Shown piece by piece: positions 25,400 through 33,800 of a DNA stretch of 43,632 bases; within the stretch, counting starts at the first letter, position 1, and each line of letters begins with the position of its first letter. The stretch covers positions 1 through 43,632 of the forward strand of contig JANQPS010001277.1 in assembly GCA_028285365.1 (NCBI GenBank), read 5' to 3'. Both the position numbers and the translations under genes were made by a program. Source of the DNA: Thermoanaerobaculia bacterium. Lineage in GTDB: Bacteria > Acidobacteriota > Thermoanaerobaculia > Multivoradales > Multivoraceae. A model generated the notes under the pieces. The model ran no database searches. It was not told the DNA's origin and saw only the letters and a list, made by a program, of their open reading frames with translations.

Positions 25400-26640
25400 G
25401 CTGACTCCTCAGCCATCTGGAGCTCTGGAAAGGGATTCGGGAACTGAGTCCATTCCTGGCTATTGCTGGACGCGATCTCCGGGTCGAGCAGGCAAGCGTC
25501 GAGACGAGCGCGCACCGCAACCTCGTCCATCTGCTGGCCGATGAAGACCAGTGCCTGGTGACGATCGCCGTAACGCGCATGCCAATCTGGCTGCTGGTCG
25601 GGTCGCTGATCCTCGGGAAAGTCCCAGTGCTCGCGCGGCATGGCCGCCAACCACATTCCGGCGGCGTTCACGTTACTGACACCGCCTGCCTGCTCCCACT
25701 CGTAGGCGATCCGATGATCCGCTGCCACCCAGAAGAAGCCCTTCGATCTCAGTACTCCTCGCCAGTTTTCATCGTCGTGCAGGAAGGACCACAGCTTCTC
25801 GGCGTCGAACGGTGCGACCGCTCGATAGGTAAAGCTCGAGATTCCGTACTCTTCGGTCTCGGGAATGTGTTCTCCCTGGAGCTCCCGGATCCAGCCGGCG
25901 GAGTTCTCGGCCCTGTCGTAGTCGAACGAGCCAGTGTCGAGCACCGAGTCGAGGGGCACCTTGCCACGAGTCGTTCGCAGAATCCTGGCACCCGGGTTGA
26001 GCGCCCGCAGGATGGCTTCGACCTCCGACGCATGCTCGCTGCTGACGAGGTCCAGCTTGTTGAGCACGATGACGTCCGCAAACTCGACCTGGTCGATCAG
26101 CAGGTCAGTGACCGTGCGCTCATCGTCTTCGCCGAGCGACTCGCCGCGATCCTGAAGTGCGTCTGAGGCGTTGTAGTCCTTCAGGAAACTCGCGGCGTCC
26201 ACGACGGTGACCATAGTGTCCAGGCGGGAGACGTCGCCCAGGCTGACACCCTGCTCATCCTCGAAGGTGAAGGTCTGAGCGACGGGGATCGGTTCCGAGA
26301 TCCCCGTCGACTCGATGAGCAGATAGTCGAAGCGCGCCTCCTGGGCCAGTCGAGAGACCTCGGCGAGCAGGTCTTCGCGCAGCGTGCAGCAAATGCAGCC
26401 GTTGGTCATCTCGACGAGAGTCTCTTCCGTCCGCGAGAGTTGGGCACCGCCACGCTCGACGAGCGCGGCATCGATGTTGACCTCGCTCATGTCGTTGACG
26501 ATCACCGCCACCCGGCGTCCCTCGCGGTTGTTGAGAACCTCGTTGAGCAGGGTCGTCTTTCCAGCGCCGAGGAATCCCGACAGCACAGTGACGGGGAGAC
26601 GTGATTGGATGGAACTGGCTTCGCTTTGGTTGAGGGTCAT
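25396..26640 (-). CDS. COG0523-family GTPase metallochaperone (ZigA/YeiR/ZNG1-like) #1
   Basis: Trimmed to ATG 26640 ([33 protein letters not shown]), giving 414 aa. Walker A GAGKTT, GCICCTL (CxCC), IESTGISEP, CobW C-terminal domain ([13 protein letters not shown]). The 99-codon upstream extension of the ORF is Arg/Pro/Ser-rich and was rejected. Confidence 0.88.
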   Translation of the reverse strand: MTLNQSEASSIQSRLPVTVLSGFLGAGKTTLLNEVLNNREGRRVAVIVNDMSEVNIDAALVERGGAQLSRTEETLVEMTNGCICCTLREDLLAEVSRLAQEARFDYLLIESTGISEPIPVAQTFTFEDEQGVSLGDVSRLDTMVTVVDAASFLKDYNASDALQDRGESLGEDDERTVTDLLIDQVEFADVIVLNKLDLVSSEHASEVEAILRALNPGARILRTTRGKVPLDSVLDTGSFDYDRAENSAGWIRELQGEHIPETEEYGISSFTYRAVAPFDAEKLWSFLHDDENWRGVLRSKGFFWVAADHRIAYEWEQAGGVSNVNAAGMWLAAMPREHWDFPEDQRPDQQPDWHARYGDRHQALVFIGQQMDEVAVRARLDACLLDPEIASSNSQEWTQFPNPFPELQMAEESA

Positions 26641-26869
26641 GAGGCTCTCGACCGGTTCATTCGTGATGTTGACAGCAGCTCGGAAGCGAGGCAGAAGCCG
26701 TGGCCACCAAGTTAGTGGCCGAGGTCTCGGTGTTTTGTGACCGGAGAGCCCGCAGAGGGTAAGGATCTGGTCCGGTGGGTTGCCGCTCGAGGCGTCGAAG
26801 TACCGCGTGAAGAACCCGCAGCCACGCCTCGCAGAAGGGGGGCCAACCGAACCGGAAGAGGTACACAAT

Positions 26870-26910
26870 CCTCTCGGAACAATCTCTCGAAAACGATCTC
26901 TCGGAAACCC
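26870..26910. repeat. Three imperfect 13-14-bp direct repeats (YCTCTCGRAAA core) inside a ~650-bp non-coding gap
   Basis: CCTCTCGGAACAA (26870-26882), TCTCTCGAAAACGA (26883-26896), TCTCTCGGAAACCC (26897-26910), read directly. Confidence 0.7.
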
Positions 26911-27296
26911 ACCTGCTAGGGCAGCTTGCTCTTGCAAGCAGTTTGCGGGACACTACACGCAAACAACGAGAGGGTGCAAGTCGGTTGGTCGAGGGACTGC
27001 TGATCGACTCTTCGGCGCCCGAGATCCGGCAGTAGCCTCTGCGAGGACAGCCATGGAGGGCTGCTCAACGAGCATTCACTCCAGGACGATTCGCAGCTCT
27101 CAGGCTTTCTTAGGGAGTTTCCTGGTCAAACTCACAGCGCGGTACTCGAGCAGTCGGTCAGCCGTGCAAGGGCATCGTTTTCTCTAGTTCCAACTCCAGA
27201 GCATCTTCGCTAGTGCAAGCAATTCGCGAAACCGTGCGCAAGTCGCTGGCAGGTGCAGGCCGTTCGTCTAGAATCCATAATTGACCGATCGAGAGC

Positions 27297-27737
27297 GTGA
27301 GATCCGCCATGAGCTTGACTAGGGACAAGGCAAGACGACTGCTTCACGACCATGCTCTTCGTGTCACCGCGCCTCGGATGGCGGTGCTCCGGGTCCTTGG
27401 CAAAGCTCGAGGTCCGCTCTCGCACAGCGAGGTGCTCGAGCAACTCGGCCAAACGGATTGGGATCAGGCGACGATCTACCGCAACCTGGTGAAGCTCAGC
27501 GATGCCGGAGTCGCCCAGGTCGTCAGCCGCGCAAAAGGCATAGCTCGCTACGCGCTCGTACAGGGCGACAGCCATCAGCACCCGCACTTCTTCTGCGAGG
27601 CTTGTGGTCTTCTCGCCTGCCTGCCAGAAGAGCTCACGCCGCCGATGTCGCTGGACGGACCCTGGGCAACGTCGATCCAGAACTCGACGGTTCAGCTGAG
27701 CGGCGAATGTCCAGACTGCATCCACCGCGACGGTTGA
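27297..27737 (+). CDS. Fur-family metalloregulator #2
   Basis: 146 aa from GTG 27297; ATG 27309 is the more conservative start. LRVTAPRMAVLRVLGKARGPLSHSEVL..DQATIYRNLVKLSDAGV. Metal sites HQHPHFFCEACG and ECPDC. Confidence 0.85.
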   Translation: MRSAMSLTRDKARRLLHDHALRVTAPRMAVLRVLGKARGPLSHSEVLEQLGQTDWDQATIYRNLVKLSDAGVAQVVSRAKGIARYALVQGDSHQHPHFFCEACGLLACLPEELTPPMSLDGPWATSIQNSTVQLSGECPDCIHRDG

Positions 27738-27797
27738 GGCTCGTCGATAGCCAGGGATGCCACTGATGACTGCGCAAATGGGCTCTGAGCGGGTGCT

Positions 27798-28757
27798 ATG
27801 AGATTCGTCTGCGCCTTGCTGTTGGTTGGGGTTCTGGGTGCGATACCAGGCGCTGCGTCGGCACAGGTCACGCTGACGGACTGGATGGGGCGCACGGCCG
27901 ACTTCGAGGAGCGTTCGGTCAACTCCGGTGGCGTCAAGGTCGTGTACTACACGGCTGGCGAGGGTCCGCTGGTGATCTTCGTGCACAGCATCTTCGGACC
28001 TTGGTTCGACTTCCGGCACCAGCTGGTTGCCATGTCGGAGCGCTATCGCGTGGTCTCGATGTCAACGCGCGGAACTGACAAAAGCGACAAGCCCGAGGGT
28101 GTCGAGCACTACGCGACGGCGCGGATCTCCGACGACATCAACGCGATCATCGACCAGCTGGGCGTCGAGCGGGCAACGCTCGTCGGGCAGGACAGCGGCG
28201 GCCTGCACGCCTGGCACTTCGCAATGACCCATCCGGAGAAGACAGAGCGGCTCATCTCGCTGGGCTCGATTCACCCGGCGGGACTCATCCGCGAGCTCAT
28301 CGACAACCCGGCCCAGCAACAGGCGAGCGCTTTTCAACGCGGCATGCAAGAGAATCCGGAGGCGGCCGCACAGCTTAAGGGGTTCTTGCAGAGCGGTCGG
28401 CCGACGCCAGGCGACACCCCCGAGGTGGCCGAGATGCGCAAAGAGGCCTACGCTCGATTGGACGTGCAGTCGATCGTGGGCTTCTACAAGGCCAACTGGC
28501 CCTACTCCCCTGTCACCGAGGACACGGTCGGGTTCGGCTTCAAGCTGGGTGACTTCCCGCCGGTGCAGGCACCAACTCTGTTGATCTACGGCAAGAACAG
28601 TGGTCCGTTCAAGAACCCCACCCTGAACGACATGTGGGAGTGGGTCGAAGGCGAGCTGACGATCCACGTGCTACCAGGCGTCGGGCACGGCCCGCACACC
28701 GAGGCGCCTGAGATCGTCACACCCCGAATCCTCGACTGGCTCGACGCGGGCCAGTAG
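27798..28757 (+). CDS. Secreted alpha/beta hydrolase, epoxide-hydrolase/dehalogenase-like (Asp nucleophile)
   Basis: 319 aa. Signal peptide MRFVCALLLVGVLGAIPGAASAQ. Oxyanion region VIFVHSIFGPWFDFRHQ. Nucleophile elbow LVGQDSGGLHAW. C-terminal catalytic His context PGVGHGPHTEAPE. Confidence 0.8.
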   Translation: MRFVCALLLVGVLGAIPGAASAQVTLTDWMGRTADFEERSVNSGGVKVVYYTAGEGPLVIFVHSIFGPWFDFRHQLVAMSERYRVVSMSTRGTDKSDKPEGVEHYATARISDDINAIIDQLGVERATLVGQDSGGLHAWHFAMTHPEKTERLISLGSIHPAGLIRELIDNPAQQQASAFQRGMQENPEAAAQLKGFLQSGRPTPGDTPEVAEMRKEAYARLDVQSIVGFYKANWPYSPVTEDTVGFGFKLGDFPPVQAPTLLIYGKNSGPFKNPTLNDMWEWVEGELTIHVLPGVGHGPHTEAPEIVTPRILDWLDAGQ

Positions 28758-28812
28758 CGCGCTTGACGGCTGGCCTTCGACGGGCGCAACCAGCCTGTCG
28801 ACCTGCCGAATT

Positions 28813-28869
28813 GCGGCGGGATCGGCTCGCCGAGTCGACACTCGTCACGAGCCTTTCCAATCCCGCCGC
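28813..28869. terminator. Nested stem-loop between convergent genes (candidate bidirectional terminator)
   Basis: Outer arms GCGGCGGGAT (28813-28822) / ATCCCGCCGC (28860-28869). Inner arms GGCTCG/CGAGCC and CGAGT-CGAC-ACTCG. No U-tract. Confidence 0.35.
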
Positions 28870-28906
28870 CGACTCTCAGCCAGGGCCGGCCTGACGCGGC
28901 GTTCGC

Positions 28907-31393
28907 TTAGAAGCCCAACCGCGCGATCAAGCTGATGTTGCGTCCAGGCAACGGCACGTCGTCTTTGACGAACGATGTATGCCGCCGAGCATCTTCGTCC
29001 GTGAGGTTGGTGCCTCGCAGGATCAGGTCGAGGAACCCGCTGTCGAAGAAGAACCGATAGCTAACGTTGGCGTTGACCATCGTGTAGCTGTCGGTTGGTG
29101 TTTCGTTCTCGGCGATGCGGTCCTGGTCGTCCACGAAGCGTGCCTCGGCCCCGGCGCGCAGGCGATCACTGCGGTAGTGAATGCCGATACCGAAGCGCTG
29201 AGGCGGGATGCGCGGAAGGTCGCCGCCGTCATCGAACTCGGCTCGCACCATGTCCCACAGGAGATCCAGACTCCAGTTCGAATGGGCGGTCTCCGCTAGA
29301 AGGATCGAAGCTTCAGCCTCGGCCCCCAAGAACTCAGCGTCGGCTGCGGCGTACTGAACCACCTCGAGGCCGTCTTCCTCTTCCCCGAGAAAGCGCTGGA
29401 AGATGAAGTCGGAGAAGTCGTTGTAGAAGAGGCTGAACGAGCCGGTCAGTCGCCCCTCGACCTTGCGCAAAGTCAGGTCCAGGCCCGTAGACGTCTCCTC
29501 GTCCAGTCCGGGGTCGCCGATCTCGAAGGCGTTGACGGCGAAGTGCGGACCGTCCGAGTACAGCTCTTCACTGGTCGGGAGCTTCACGGAACGCGCCAGC
29601 GAAGCCCCGATCGAGTAGTTGTCGGACGCTCGCCAGACCAGCCCGACCGAGGCCGACAGGCCATCGAAGTCACGGTCAGGAAGGCTGTGGCTTTCTACGC
29701 TCACGTCCTGGGTCTCGTAGCGAGCCCCGAACTGGTAGCGAACCTGACCACGTTCGATCTCCTGGAACGTAAAGAGACCGATGCTCTCGGTCTCCGCCGG
29801 AGGAACAAAAGCTTCGTCGCCGACGACGACAAAGTCGCGATTGCGGAGCTGGACTCCGAAGGAGCCCGAGTGTGCACCTCGTTGCTTCTGCACGAACTCG
29901 AGTCGCGCCTCATAGGCATCGTTGAAGAAGGCCGTGCCCTCTTCAGAGCCTTCGCCCTCGATGTGCTCGTAGTCGATGATGCCGAGACGAAAGTTGGCTC
30001 TTGCGAAAGCACCAAAGGGTTGCGTGACGGCACCTTGCAGGTCGTACCGACGATGCTTCATGTCGATGCGGATGTCTTCCTCACCGTGCTCGTCGCCGTG
30101 CTCGTCGTGCTCATCATCATGATCGTCATCATGCTCGTCGTCGTGCTCGTCGTCGTGCTCGTCATCGTCGTGCTCGTCGTCATGGTCATCGTCGTGCTCG
30201 TCGTCGTCATGCTCGTCGTCGTGCTCTTCGTCATGGTGACCTTCTTCCTCGTGACCGTGACCACCGGGCAGTCCGTACTCGGTGTCGAACCCGCGCACCG
30301 ACACGCCCAGGAATCCCTTGTCACCGAAGAAGTAGGTCGCTCCGAAACCACCGCTCATGGTCTCGATGTCGCTGTTGGGGAGGATCCCCTCCTCGTCTTC
30401 GTGTTCATCGTGGTCGTCGTCGTGGTCGTCGTCGTGCTCGTCACCATGGTCGTCGTCGTGCTCGTCGTCATGGTCGTCGTCGTGCTCGTCGAGACTCGCG
30501 CGCCCCGGGATCTCGTAGTCATCGGTCTCACGAGACTGGAGGAAGACGTTCCAAGCCCATCGGTCTCCACCACCATCGAGCTTGACCGATCCGGCGCGCT
30601 CGTCGGAAACAGAGCCCGCGCGGACATCGACGGTTCCAGAGAAGCTGTCCGTTGGAGGCGACTCCGCAATCCGCTGGTCGATCACGTTGACGACGCCGCC
30701 GATCGCGTTGCTGCCGTAGAGCAGAGTGGCGGGGCCTCTCAGCACCTCGATACGTTCGGCCGTGAGGGGGTCGGAGGCGACGGCGTGATCGGGACTCGAA
30801 GACGAGGCGTCGAGAACGTCGATTCCGTTCTCCATGATCTTGATTCGATCGGCACCAAGACCTCGAATGAGCGGCCTGCTGGCGCCAGGGGCAAAGTACG
30901 TCGAAGTGATTCCTGCCTCACTGCTCAGCGACTCGCCGAGCGAGGGCTCTGCGCGCAGGGCCAGCTCGTCCGCGTCTACGACGTTAACGACCGTGGGGAG
31001 ATCGAGCTCGCCCACAGCCTGCGATCTGGCCGTCACCACCACCCGCTCCGAGTGAGTGCGGCTCAAGATGACGATCTCGACCTCGGTCGTCTCACCCGCC
31101 ACTACGGCAACACGCTCGACGATGTCCGCGTGGCGAACGCTCGTGACGTCCAGGAGAGCCTCACCCGCCGCAACTGACTCGAGCGTGAACCGGCCCTCAC
31201 CGTCAGTTTGCGCGCGCACGCCTGCGCCCACCAGAGTGACGGTCGCGTCGGTGACCGGCTCCCCGTCGCTCGTCTTGATCTGACCTCGGATCTCTCCCGT
31301 TTCTTGAGCGATGAGGATTGAACTGAGAAGGAAGCAGCAGAGTGCGCTGGCGAATACGACGAACAGTGTTGATTTCGAAGAAGATGAAGACAT
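28907..31393 (-). CDS. TonB-dependent outer-membrane receptor with an N-terminal CarboxypepD_reg domain and two very large His/Asp/Glu-rich loops (ZnuD-like candidate)
   Basis: Trimmed to ATG 31393 (MSSSSSKSTLFVVFASALCCFLLSSILIAQE). CarboxypepD_reg (GEIRGQIKTSDGEPVTDATVTLVG...GRFTL). Plug (RPLIRGLGADRIKIMENGIDV..IEVLRGPATLLYGSNAIGGVVNV). Barrel ends ...ISLIARLGF. Insert 1 HDDDHDDEHDDDHGDEHDDDHDDDHDEHEDEEG (~nt 30391-30492). Insert 2 GHGHEEEGHHDEEHDDEHDDDEHDDDHDDEHDDDEHDDEHDDEHDDDHDDEHDEHGDEHGEED (~nt 30075-30265). Confidence 0.9.
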   Translation of the reverse strand: MSSSSSKSTLFVVFASALCCFLLSSILIAQETGEIRGQIKTSDGEPVTDATVTLVGAGVRAQTDGEGRFTLESVAAGEALLDVTSVRHADIVERVAVVAGETTEVEIVILSRTHSERVVVTARSQAVGELDLPTVVNVVDADELALRAEPSLGESLSSEAGITSTYFAPGASRPLIRGLGADRIKIMENGIDVLDASSSSPDHAVASDPLTAERIEVLRGPATLLYGSNAIGGVVNVIDQRIAESPPTDSFSGTVDVRAGSVSDERAGSVKLDGGGDRWAWNVFLQSRETDDYEIPGRASLDEHDDDHDDEHDDDHGDEHDDDHDDDHDEHEDEEGILPNSDIETMSGGFGATYFFGDKGFLGVSVRGFDTEYGLPGGHGHEEEGHHDEEHDDEHDDDEHDDDHDDEHDDDEHDDEHDDEHDDDHDDEHDEHGDEHGEEDIRIDMKHRRYDLQGAVTQPFGAFARANFRLGIIDYEHIEGEGSEEGTAFFNDAYEARLEFVQKQRGAHSGSFGVQLRNRDFVVVGDEAFVPPAETESIGLFTFQEIERGQVRYQFGARYETQDVSVESHSLPDRDFDGLSASVGLVWRASDNYSIGASLARSVKLPTSEELYSDGPHFAVNAFEIGDPGLDEETSTGLDLTLRKVEGRLTGSFSLFYNDFSDFIFQRFLGEEEDGLEVVQYAAADAEFLGAEAEASILLAETAHSNWSLDLLWDMVRAEFDDGGDLPRIPPQRFGIGIHYRSDRLRAGAEARFVDDQDRIAENETPTDSYTMVNANVSYRFFFDSGFLDLILRGTNLTDEDARRHTSFVKDDVPLPGRNISLIARLGF

Positions 31394-31426
31394 GAATCTG
31401 ACCTCTAGAGCCGACGTTTGATTGGC

Positions 31427-31457
31427 GCTCGGCCTCGCGGCAAACGGCGAGCCGAGT
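31427..31457 (-). other. Stable GC hairpin in the 280-nt spacer between the small His/Cys ORF and the TonB-receptor start (attenuator or processing-site candidate)
   Basis: CTCGG(C)CTCGC (31428-31438) pairs with GCGAGCCGAG (31447-31456): 10 bp with a 1-nt bulge and an 8-nt loop. Lies 34-64 nt upstream of ATG 31393. Confidence 0.3.
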
Positions 31458-31673
31458 CGTGCTATCCCGAGGCGTGGCACTCACAGGGAAACGGCGACCA
31501 GTTCGACCAACGAGTCGACTCCTGGTCCCATCAGCAACCCGGGACAGAGAGATACCGCGGCCCAGACCGCTCCATCGTGCGGCCAGGCCCGGCGGGGCGT
31601 TGGCAGCCAGCTACGGCTCAGGATCAGCTGAACCCGTATCGCTACGAGCTCGGATCAGCCTGCCGTCGTGGCC

Positions 31674-31982
31674 TCAGCAACTGATGCGAGAGTCGCCCGG
31701 TGGGCCGCGGATCGGGTCGGCGGAGACCCAGGAAAGCAGGGCCGGCTCAGCGGGACGCGCAACCAACGCCAAAACCGCGCTCGCCGGCGTCCGGGGCTGA
31801 GGTCCCGATCCCGGTGCGTCGACCGCGACGACGTGGCACACCTGACACTGGTGCTCGTCTTCCGGGCAACCGTGCTCATGCTCGTGCCCGACTTCCGCCA
31901 ACGGGCTGAGGAGCAGCAAACCGACAAGCGCCCAGCCAGTCGCGAAAGCCAACGCAGTCCTGCTGTGGTCGGAACGCAGCAT
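31674..31982 (-). CDS. Small secreted/anchored His/Cys-motif protein (DUF2946-like pattern); paralog of 9966-10259
   Basis: 102 aa. Hydrophobic N-terminus (LAFATGWALVGLLLLSPLAEVG), GHEHEHGCPEDEHQCQVCHVV, and C-proximal IRGPP. Directly upstream of the TonB-dependent receptor on the same strand. Confidence 0.65.
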   Translation of the reverse strand: MLRSDHSRTALAFATGWALVGLLLLSPLAEVGHEHEHGCPEDEHQCQVCHVVAVDAPGSGPQPRTPASAVLALVARPAEPALLSWVSADPIRGPPGDSRISC

Positions 31983-32182
31983 CGCGGCGAATACATATCA
32001 CGACCCTCTCACCCTGAGAAGGCGCCCCGCGAGGACGACGCGCTTGAGCTAACGCTCGCCTGCGTTCGTCACGTGTTCCGCTGGAGCCCGTCAGCGGCGA
32101 CGCGAACCACCCTTCCGGCTCTTTGACGGCAACCGCTTCTGGAGGGCTCCCGCCGAGCGCCCAACGAATGCGGACACAAGTC

Positions 32183-33514
32183 TCACTCGATCACCACAGT
32201 CGCGGTTGCCGAGACTCCAACACCGGGAAGAGTAGCCATCACGGTGGCAGTGCCCTGATCTCCCGCGTTTGTGAGTAGCGTGGTGGACGCGATGCCACCT
32301 GCTCCGGTCGAGACACTGGTGGACTCGAGACTGCCACGGTCCGTGCTGAAACGGATCTCGGTACCCGACGCCACGGGTGAGCCGTCTGAGCGGCTGACGG
32401 TGGCCCCGAGCGAGCTGGACTGTCCGGCGGTAACGCGAGTCGGATTGGCGCTCAGGGTGATCGAAACTTCGGTGCCGATCGTCACGAGCACCTGGGCCGA
32501 CCGCGCCGCGCTGTCGGTGGAGGCGGTCACCGTGGCGACACCAGCACGACCATCGGCTCTGAAGGTCGTAGTCCCTACGCCGAGATCGTCGGTGACGGGG
32601 GTTGCGTCGTCGAAGCGCCCCAGGTCCGTGGTCAAGGAGATACGGATGCCGTTACCTGCAAGCGCACCATCGGTGCGGCGCGCGCTGACCTCGATCGTCG
32701 ACGACCCGTCAACCGAGATCGAGTTCGGAGTGGCGGCGAGGCTCAGGCTGAGTCCATCGTCGATCTCGATCTGGGCTTCACCTGTATCGCCGGTGCTCTC
32801 GATTCGAACGGTGACGATCGCTGTGCCGGTCTCGCCCGGGTTGGCGGAGAAGTCCGTGCTGGCGGCGCCCGCGTCGTCGGTGGTGAGGTTGGCGTCTGCC
32901 AGTCGGCCCAAGGTCGTGCTCAGGAGAAGGCGATCGCGCTGCCTCACCGATCCGTCAGCGTTGGTCACCTGGATCAAGATGACCGAACTGCCTGAGGACG
33001 AGATCGTGGCTGGCTGTGCGCGAACCTGAACCGAGGGTGACGTTCCGCCGACCTGCACGGAGATCTCAGCAGCGAGTCCATCACTCATGCGAGCTGTAAC
33101 GACCGCGGTGCCGGCGGTTCCGTCGCCGCGCAAGGTCGTCGCGGCTCGACCGTCAGCATCCGTAGTCACAGAGCCCGTGTCCAGCGTCCCGAGAGTGGTA
33201 CTCACACTGATCGTCGCGCCCTGAACTGCCGATCCGTCGGTGCGTCCGACGAGTATCTGGATTCGACTCTGCCCAAACACGCCGATCGCGGCTGGCACGG
33301 CTTCGACAGAGATCAGAGTCGTCGCTGTCGGCTGAGTGGGTGTGCCTCCGCTTCCGCTGCCACCACCGCAGCCGACGAGTGACGTCAGAACGAGGCTGAG
33401 AAGAACGAAGAGCTCGGCGACTCCTCGAGCCTCCGAGAGAAGGCCTCGTTCGAGAACGCGTGCCAAACAGAACGTCCCCAGTCCGCGCGACGCAGCTCGG
33501 TTCGTCAGGTCCAC
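32183..33514 (-). CDS. Lipoprotein with four tandem bacterial Ig-like (Big_1/invasin-like) domains
   Basis: 443 aa. Lipobox LTSLVGCGGGSGSG. Four ~90-aa repeats with the pattern (V/L)(S/T)T(T/D)LG.(L/F)..........D..G.A.T.....G..GTA.VTA. Confidence 0.75.
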   Translation of the reverse strand: MDLTNRAASRGLGTFCLARVLERGLLSEARGVAELFVLLSLVLTSLVGCGGGSGSGGTPTQPTATTLISVEAVPAAIGVFGQSRIQILVGRTDGSAVQGATISVSTTLGTLDTGSVTTDADGRAATTLRGDGTAGTAVVTARMSDGLAAEISVQVGGTSPSVQVRAQPATISSSGSSVILIQVTNADGSVRQRDRLLLSTTLGRLADANLTTDDAGAASTDFSANPGETGTAIVTVRIESTGDTGEAQIEIDDGLSLSLAATPNSISVDGSSTIEVSARRTDGALAGNGIRISLTTDLGRFDDATPVTDDLGVGTTTFRADGRAGVATVTASTDSAARSAQVLVTIGTEVSITLSANPTRVTAGQSSSLGATVSRSDGSPVASGTEIRFSTDRGSLESTSVSTGAGGIASTTLLTNAGDQGTATVMATLPGVGVSATATVVIE

Positions 33515-33800
33515 TCTCCTCCGGCACCCCGGTTCAGGACTTGGCTCGCAAGATCACGACTCCATCGCACTCTAGGAGCTGAACCCAGTCCAGGCGCTCG
33601 ATGTGTGACCAGATGCGCAGAAACGGAGACGAACGCGCACCGGCTGACCTGGGAAGCATGAGACCTAGCGCCTGCGCGGGCATCAGGTTCCCAGTCAGGC
33701 TACCTTCGGTTCCACTAGTCGTCTCGCGTGACCAGTAGCCAACGACATCGAACGTCATATACCGAGCCGACAACCGACCGAGCTAGGGCGCACCATCCGT

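Noticed and set aside
26641-26937. 99-codon N-terminal extension of the COG0523 ORF (25396-26937). The same trimming question arose for ORFs 13635-14741, 14793-15710 and 28907-31480.
   Set aside because: The extensions are compositionally odd, and in one case overlap the preceding gene. Internal ATG/GTG codons give canonical N-termini: a Walker-A-proximal start, a lipobox and a signal peptide. The CDSs were trimmed accordingly.
26641-26960. Cobalamin riboswitch upstream of the CobW-family (COG0523) gene
   Set aside because: Only a partial B12-box-like GAGACCT is seen on the minus strand, and a GCCACT element lies in the wrong order. The context (Fur regulators, zinc genes) argues for zinc rather than B12. 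A cmscan would settle it.
29543-31177. 544-aa plus-strand ORF antisense to the TonB-dependent receptor
   Set aside because: It is the mirror image of a well-supported receptor CDS. Its V/L/M runs (VVLVVVLVIVVLVV) are simply the complement of the His/Asp codon arrays. No independent protein signature.
33534-33773. 79-aa minus-strand ORF in the 286-nt gap between COG0523 #2 and the Ig-repeat lipoprotein gene
   Set aside because: It has no signal peptide, TM segment, motif or recognisable family, and its codon usage is mixed. It could be real but cannot be supported from sequence alone, so it was left uncalled.
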